IMG/VR virus record: IMGVR_UViG_3300043446_000566
Coordinates: 20,248 to 84,247 of that record
DNA: 64,000 nt
Direction: 5' to 3' (one strand)
Source: a virus
Position numbers and translations under genes: made by a program. The notes under the pieces are model-generated. The model was not told the DNA's origin and did not search any database. It worked only from the letters and a program-made list of their open reading frames with translations. Of this stretch, positions 59,706 to 64,000 are shown one piece after another (the stretch's first letter is position 1; each line of letters opens with the position of its first letter).

Positions 59706-59709
59706 AAAA

Positions 59710-60093
59710 CTAGGCAATCACCGAATCGATGCCAGCATTCATAGCCGCAATCTGCTCAGGAGAGTACGACACGACAGGACCAGCCTTCTGGTTCGCCTTG
59801 CGCATCGCCTTCGGACTCTTGAGAGCCAGCAACTTGGCTTCCATCTGAGCGATACGCTCCAGACGCTTTGCTTCACGCGCCTTGAGGCGCTCAGCCTTCT
59901 TGAAGAAGGCCGCAGCCCGCTTAGCCGTACGGGCATCAGCCTTCACGGCACGATTGACGATCACTTCTTCCTTAATCTTGGACCGAAGATTCTTCAGTCC
60001 AACAACATGCGCCTTCAGCGTGTTCCGCAGAGCCGCAATCTCGGCGCGCTGGGTCTTCACCGCATCGCGCATCTGGTTCAAAGTCATACCCAT
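59710..60093 (-). CDS. Basic Ala/Lys-rich coiled-coil early protein
   Basis: SD AGGTG; first gene after the early promoter. Confidence 0.7.
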   Translation of the reverse strand: MGMTLNQMRDAVKTQRAEIAALRNTLKAHVVGLKNLRSKIKEEVIVNRAVKADARTAKRAAAFFKKAERLKAREAKRLERIAQMEAKLLALKSPKAMRKANQKAGPVVSYSPEQIAAMNAGIDSVIA

Positions 60094-60151
60094 AAATTCA
60101 CCTATCTCACTTTTCAAGTTGGGTCAGAGTCATTTCTCACCCTATGCAATC

Positions 60152-60211
60152 AGTATACTAAAATTATTGGAAAAGTAAAGCGCGAGGAATGTCAATAGAA
60201 TCAATCACTTA
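60152..60211 (-). promoter_or_regulatory. Early promoter (TTTACT-16 nt-TATACT) with an upstream IHF-consensus site
   Basis: Same TAGTATACT -10 region as the promoter at 56804; AATCAATCACTTA at 60199-60211 matches WATCAANNNNTTR. Confidence 0.6.
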
Positions 60212-60318
60212 CGCGGATGCTCTGGAACCGTTGGTGGAGCGGCTGGAGCGGGTCAGGCTAGACCCCTGGTATAGATGGTCTGGAGTCTGGAACGACTCCA
60301 GGAGGGGCTGGTGGAGAG

Positions 60319-60392
60319 TGGTAGCGCCCGCAGGACTTGAACCTGCAACTGTGGATTATGAGTCCACTGTGATGCCATTTCACTAAGGCGCA
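60319..60392 (-). tRNA. tRNA-CAT, probably Ile2 (lysidine type); Met not excluded
   Basis: GTGGA-CTCATAA-TCCAC; lacks the three G:C pairs of initiator tRNAs; encoded CCA. Confidence 0.8.
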
Positions 60393-60499
60393 ATTTTACT
60401 CTTGACTGGTGGCTTCTTCCCAAAGATACGGTCCCAGCTGTCATCAAACTTTTTCCTGGGAACGCTCAATGGGCGCGGCTTGCTTCCTTTGCCGCTCAT
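60383..60499 (-). CDS. Small hypothetical protein (38 aa)
   Basis: MSGKGSKPRPLSVPRKKFDDSWDRIFGKK; ATGA coupling to the HNH stop. Confidence 0.55.
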   Translation of the reverse strand: MSGKGSKPRPLSVPRKKFDDSWDRIFGKKPPVKSKIAP

Positions 60500-61068
60500 G
60501 CTGCGTCACTCCAAACTCGTGAAGTGCGCGGAATCGAAGCCATCAGAAACTCCATCTGATCGACAAGAATCTTTCTGTTCTTCAGAAGAATCTTTTCATG
60601 AACTGTCGGTGAGTACGGAACATACAGAAGATGCTTCTTGAACTCTTCTGGTGTTCGGCTGCCCTTTCGATGATTACATGATCGGCAGGCTGTCACACAA
60701 TTTGTCCAGTGGTTTGTGCCACCGCGAGACTTCGGCAGAACATGATCGATTGTCAGATGGCGACTGTCAAACACATCACCACAGTAAGCACACATATGCC
60801 TATCGCGAGAGTACAGAGTCTGACGGTCGACGTAGTTAGTTTTAGAATTGTAGAACTTTTCGCCAAGGATCGGTCCGTTGACACCAATGATAGATGAAAT
60901 TTTGATTCTTGATCTATTGCCATGATCATTAAAACCACCGATCATTGTTCTCACGACAGTGCCTGTTTCCCAAAGAACCTTTTCTCTGGCATAGTAACAC
61001 GCCGCAATCTCATGATTGCACCAATCTTTTGGCGTTCCACTTTTATCTACAACAAGCACAAGCGACAC
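60496..61068 (-). CDS. HNH endonuclease (McrA-like)
   Basis: RDRHMCAYCG, TIDHVLPKSRGG..HWTNCVTACRSCNHRKG; SD AAGGAG. Confidence 0.92.
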   Translation of the reverse strand: MSLVLVVDKSGTPKDWCNHEIAACYYAREKVLWETGTVVRTMIGGFNDHGNRSRIKISSIIGVNGPILGEKFYNSKTNYVDRQTLYSRDRHMCAYCGDVFDSRHLTIDHVLPKSRGGTNHWTNCVTACRSCNHRKGSRTPEEFKKHLLYVPYSPTVHEKILLKNRKILVDQMEFLMASIPRTSRVWSDAA

Positions 61069-61089
61069 GATATTCTCCTTAGCATAAAT

Positions 61090-61177
61090 TGGCGGAAGCG
61101 GTGAGATTCGAACTCACGGACCTATTAGAGCCTGCAGTTTTCAAGACTGCTGGATTAAACCACTCTCCCACACTTCC
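61090..61177 (-). tRNA. tRNA-Ser(TGA)
   Basis: GCAGT-CTTGAAA-ACTGC, long variable arm, G73, CCA. Confidence 0.95.
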
Positions 61178-61189
61178 AATTGTATATAG

Positions 61190-61363
61190 TCAGTCAACTG
61201 GTCCCCATTTACCTACGGGACATGATGTAGTCTTCCATTGTGTTTTCAGCGCAAGAATACATCCGCACTTACTGCAAACACCTATCTTATTGTGTTCGCA
61301 GATACGGCAATGTGCAAGCCGTCTATCTTTATCAACAGCGCTAGCGATTCTATCGTCTAACAT
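61190..61363 (-). CDS. Small Cys-rich hypothetical protein
   Basis: RLAHCRICEH...CSKCGCILALKT...SCPVGKW; SD AGGA. Confidence 0.7.
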   Translation of the reverse strand: MLDDRIASAVDKDRRLAHCRICEHNKIGVCSKCGCILALKTQWKTTSCPVGKWGPVD

Positions 61364-61380
61364 ATTTGTTCCTAAAAGGT

Positions 61381-61454
61381 TGGAGCAGAGTACGGGAGTC
61401 GAACCCGTCTGACTAGCTTGGAAGGCTAGGACACGACCGCTATGCCAACTCTGC
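61381..61454 (-). tRNA. tRNA-Gly(TCC)
   Basis: CTAGC-CTTCCAA-GCTAG, U73, CCA. Confidence 0.95.
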
Positions 61455-61460
61455 GTTATC

Positions 61461-61538
61461 TGGTACCCGCAGCGAGATTCGAACTCGCACTTTACAGATT
61501 TTAAGTCTGTTGCCTGCTGCCGATTGGGCTATGCGGGC
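61461..61538 (-). tRNA. tRNA-Leu(TAA) with a short variable loop
   Basis: ACAGA-CTTAAAA-TCTGT, A73, CCA. Confidence 0.9.
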
Positions 61539-61543
61539 AAAAT

Positions 61544-61620
<77 letters not shown>

Positions 61621-61648
61621 ATAATTCTATATATTACGCTTCAACAAA

Positions 61649-61743
61649 TGGTACCCCTGGCAGGATTCGAACCTGCGCTATGCTCTAATCTGGAGCCAAT
61701 GCCACTTTATAAGGGTGGTGTTCTACCGCTAAACTACAGGGGC
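61649..61743 (-). tRNA. tRNA with a TAT anticodon (nominal Ile) and a long variable arm
   Basis: CCACC-CTTATAA-AGTGG; 25-nt variable region; canonical T-arm; CCA. Confidence 0.75.
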
Positions 61744-61749
61744 GCAAAA

Positions 61750-61835
61750 TGGCGGAAGGCAGTGGACTCGAACCACATCCTCGAAAAGACGTTTCGTTTA
61801 GCAAACGAACGTGAACCCTGTTCACATTACCTTCC
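61750..61835 (-). tRNA. tRNA-Ser(GCT), 8/4 fold
   Basis: TTCGT-TTGCTAA-ACGAA; UUCG-capped variable arm; G73. Confidence 0.85.
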
Positions 61836-61839
61836 TAAT

Positions 61840-61914
61840 TGGTGCGCCTACCAGGACTCGAACCTGGACCAAAGGTTTAGAAGACCCTTATGATTTCCGT
61901 TTCACCATAGGCGC
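61840..61914 (-). tRNA. tRNA-Arg(TCT)
   Basis: AGGGT-CTTCTAA-ACCTT, CCA. Confidence 0.93.
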
Positions 61915-61921
61915 AATAAAC

Positions 61922-61995
61922 TGGTGCTTCTTGATGGTTACGCTCCAACGTCTCTAAATTATCAGTTTAGGGTTCTGCTATTGAACTAAAGAAGC
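61922..61995 (-). tRNA. tRNA-Ile(GAT), atypical D/T loops
   Basis: CTAAA-CTGATAA-TTTAG; T-loop AGCGTAA. Confidence 0.8.
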
Positions 61996-62000
61996 AAACT

Positions 62001-62078
62001 TGGGGTGACAGGTCGGATTCGAACCGACGATTACGACTTTCACAGAGTCGGGACTTTGGCCACTTGTCAACTGCCACA
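62001..62078 (-). tRNA. tRNA-His(GTG)
   Basis: CGACT-CTGTGAA-AGTCG, C73, encoded -1 base is T. Confidence 0.92.
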
Positions 62079-62083
62079 TAAAT

Positions 62084-62158
62084 TGGCGCCCTTGAGAGGA
62101 CTCGAACCCCTAATACAACGTCCGTAGCGTAGCGTGATGTCCATTTCACTACAAGGGC
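62084..62158 (-). tRNA. tRNA-Arg(ACG)
   Basis: CTACG-CTACGGA-CGTTG, CCA. Confidence 0.9.
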
Positions 62159-62162
62159 AAAT

Positions 62163-62237
62163 TGGTGCCAAGTGTTGGTATCGCGCCAACCTATTCTGCT
62201 CTTCAGGCAGGTGCTAATCTATCTCAGCTAACTTGGC
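62163..62237 (-). tRNA. tRNA-Phe(GAA), atypical D/T loops
   Basis: CTGC-CTGAAGA-GCAG; T-loop CGCGATA. Confidence 0.82.
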
Positions 62238-62354
62238 AAATTCTTATGCAGGACGGACCTTTGTTACCTGCCTAGTTGCGTACGCCAACAACCGTGCCGA
62301 CAGTTATCGCAATGTGGAAGGGTAATTACTCCTATTCATTGCTTTCGTCGAAAC

Positions 62355-62429
62355 TGGAGTTGCGGACTGGACTCGCACCAGCATAGAAGAGTTTTGCAGA
62401 CTCTCGCCTCACTTTTCAGCCACCGCAAC
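62355..62429 (-). tRNA. tRNA-Cys(GCA), atypical D/T loops
   Basis: AGAGT-CTGCAAA-ACTCT, U73; T-loop TGCGAGT. Confidence 0.85.
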
Positions 62430-62438
62430 AAAATAAAA

Positions 62439-62522
62439 TGAAACGCATTAGCCAGAGTCTTAATAAGGAGCTACTCTCTTTTAATTCTAGGCATTCTCCA
62501 AGCCAGATACTAATGTATTTCA
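62439..62522 (-). ncRNA. Candidate structured ncRNA (three-way junction) between tRNA-Met and tRNA-Cys
   Basis: 14-bp closing stem and two inner hairpins with complementary loops. Confidence 0.55.
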
Positions 62523-62525
62523 AAA

Positions 62526-62601
62526 TGGTAGCAGTGATCAGACTCGAACTGATGATAAACTCCGTATGAAGGAGGTGCATTAGCCGCTATGCTACACTGC
62601 T
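62526..62601 (-). tRNA. tRNA-Met(CAT), probably elongator
   Basis: CTCC-TTCATAC-GGAG; paired A1:U72; CCA. Confidence 0.88.
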
Positions 62602-62607
62602 ATAAAA

Positions 62608-62692
62608 TGGTGGGTGCGATAGGATTCGAACCTATTAGACCTAGATGGCTGATTTACAGTCAGCTGCGACCCTCCAACTTCGCCGCACACCC
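62608..62692 (-). tRNA. tRNA-Tyr(GTA)
   Basis: GCTGA-CTGTAAA-TCAGC, long variable arm, CCA. Confidence 0.93.
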
Positions 62693-62693
62693 A

Positions 62694-62767
62694 TGGCTGA
62701 GGGACGTGGATTCGAACCACGATAGACGGATTCAAAGTCCGTCGTCCTGCCGTTAGACGATCCCTCA
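62694..62767 (-). tRNA. tRNA-Gln(TTG)
   Basis: U1:A72, ACGGA-CTTTGAA-TCCGT, G73. Confidence 0.95.
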
Positions 62768-62775
62768 ATAAAACT

Positions 62776-62849
62776 TGGAGCGAGTAGCGGGAATCGAACC
62801 CGCACGATGACCTTGGCAAGGTCACAGGCAACCATTACATCATACTCGC
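62776..62849 (-). tRNA. tRNA-Gly(GCC)
   Basis: TGACC-TTGCCAA-GGTCA, U73. Confidence 0.95.
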
Positions 62850-62853
62850 ATAT

Positions 62854-62929
62854 TGGTGCACGGTGTAGGACTCGAACCTACATAATTCACCTTGTAAAAG
62901 TGACGCTTGACCTCTCAGACCAACCGTGC
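62854..62929 (-). tRNA. tRNA-Val(TAC)
   Basis: TCACT-TTTACAA-GGTGA; weak D-stem; 5' end overlaps the HNH stop. Confidence 0.85.
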
Positions 62930-63439
62930 TTTGTATTCCCTAAGATACGCATTCCTTTTCGTATCTTTTCTGTATCTAGAACCTCGACCCTTTGACCCAT
63001 AAGTTTCAGTTTGCGTATGGCAATTTGGGCATAAAATTCTAAGATTACTTAGTTGATTGTTATCGCTATCTCCGTCAATATGATCCATTTGTAGAGTCAG
63101 CGGTTTATCATTCCACGTATCGCCTATACCGCAAGATTCACATTTGAAATTAGATTTCTCAAGCAGATATTGCTTTAGTGATCCATCCCCAACTTTCTGT
63201 CCAGATTCAATTTTAGATACAGTAACTTTTCTAGCAGCTTCGCCAAAACATTCTAACGAACAATATTTGTTCGTACTGCTTTTGTTGTATGGAAACATTG
63301 TTCCACAGTTTCCGCATTCATATTCTGTAGTGATACGTTTTCTACTTTTCGTATAACGCCCACCCTCTTTATGAATAGATTTATGTCCATTCAGTCCTCT
63401 GAATGAATCAAATCCTTTACCGCAAATATCACAGTCCAT
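62915..63439 (-). mobile_element. HNH homing endonuclease with N-terminal zinc fingers
   Basis: CDICGKGF..LNGHKSIH, CGNCG..YCSLEC, LQMDHIDGDSDNNQLSNLRILCPNCH; SD GAGGA; late promoter at 63475-63481. Confidence 0.9.
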
Positions 63440-63488
63440 TTCAGTTATCCTCAAATCTAGCTGAATAGTATACCTATTTAGTATTTTT

Positions 63489-63516
63489 GAGTGTTCTACC
63501 GCTGAGTTAATCCCGC
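63489..63516 (-). pseudogene. Orphan tRNA 5' half
   Basis: GCGGGAT-TA-ACTCAGCGGTAGAACAC, then an abrupt switch to the AT-rich HNH leader. Confidence 0.6.
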
Positions 63517-63524
63517 AAATAAAT

Positions 63525-63636
63525 TTGTTGTTTGCACTATCTGCTGCGTCTCATCCAACAGAGGTCATGACGGTGTTGGCTTTCTTTTGGCGCAGTTAGT
63601 CGGGCTTTACGATCACCCATCGCTTACAAACAACAA
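63525..63636 (-). ncRNA. Candidate structured ncRNA
   Basis: 12-bp terminal stem TTGTTGTTTGTA/TGCAAACAACAA with nested CTGCG/CGCAG and CCAACA/TGTTGG stems. Confidence 0.55.
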
Positions 63637-63718
63637 AAAAGGTGCAGGGCTTTCACCTGCTGCTAATCAAACCTTGCGGTGATTAATCTGCCGCCTCTTT
63701 ATATTCAGCGGACTTATA

Positions 63719-63796
63719 TGGTGGAGATAGTCGGATTCGAACCGACCTGTGTCCTGCGTGCAAGGCAGGTGTTCACCCCTAGCAAACCCTATCCCC
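63719..63796 (-). tRNA. tRNA-Ala(TGC)
   Basis: G3:U70, CCTGC-CTTGCAC-GCAGG, CCA. Confidence 0.95.
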
Positions 63797-63801
63797 AAAA
63801 T

Positions 63802-63886
63802 TGGCTGCCTCTGTTGGACTCGAACCAACAATGTCTTTCGACGACGGATTAACAGTCCGTTGCATTACCATTCTGCGCAAGAGGCA
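63802..63886 (-). tRNA. tRNA-Asn(GTT) with a long variable arm
   Basis: ACGGA-CTGTTAA-TCCGT; GTC-GAAA-GAC variable hairpin; G73. Confidence 0.85.
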
Positions 63887-63887
63887 A

Positions 63888-64000
63888 TTATCTTTTCTTT
63901 CCGTTCTGAGGAACAAATTCTGGAAGCCATCGTGCGAAATTTTGCACTAGATTTTGTTTCGAGTATTTGTATCCTGTCTTTTCTACAAATTCATTATAAC
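63888..64000 (-). CDS. 3' end of an ORF entering from outside the window
   Basis: Open frame ..YNEFVEKTGYKYSKQNLVQNFARWLPEFVPQNGKKR*. Confidence 0.5.
   Translation of the reverse strand, partial: YNEFVEKTGYKYSKQNLVQNFARWLPEFVPQNGKKR

Noticed and set aside
60190-60195. TTGACA as the -35 box of a second minus-strand promoter
   Set aside because: No credible -10 hexamer 16-18 nt downstream
62245-62352. Hammerhead or other self-cleaving ribozyme in the tRNA spacer
   Set aside because: GAAA is present, but there is no CUGANGA core on either strand

Overview
This is a 64 kb segment of a large T4-like myophage genome (standard genetic code, mostly minus strand). Bases 1-52.7 kb hold the virion module: gp3, the head genes (gp23, gp22, gp21, gp68, gp67, gp20), gp19/gp18, the terminase (gp17/gp16), gp15/14/13, two collagen-like tail-fibre cassettes each ending in a sulfotransferase gene, the baseplate genes (gp8, gp7, gp6, gp25, gp5, gp27-like, gp53, gp48) and a plus-strand block gp4-gp2-gp54-gp26-gp51-tape measure. 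Bases 52.8-60.1 kb hold gp32, gp59, gp33, a cell-wall hydrolase, a circularly permuted tmRNA, two exonucleases, PhoH, a HAD-like protein, DenV and early genes. Bases 60.3-64 kb hold 19 tRNA genes, many structurally atypical, mixed with HNH endonucleases and unexplained structured RNAs. The strongest candidates for new biology are: (1) a duplicated fibre/adhesin/sulfotransferase cassette; (2) an SD-stimulated -1 frameshift joining gp26 to gp51 just upstream of the tape measure gene; (3) a phage two-piece tmRNA with a 7-nt linker; (4) non-canonical tRNAs and ncRNAs; (5) a HAD enzyme with a capsid-targeting-like N-terminus. All product calls come from motif recognition and synteny by eye; no database searches or computations were run.
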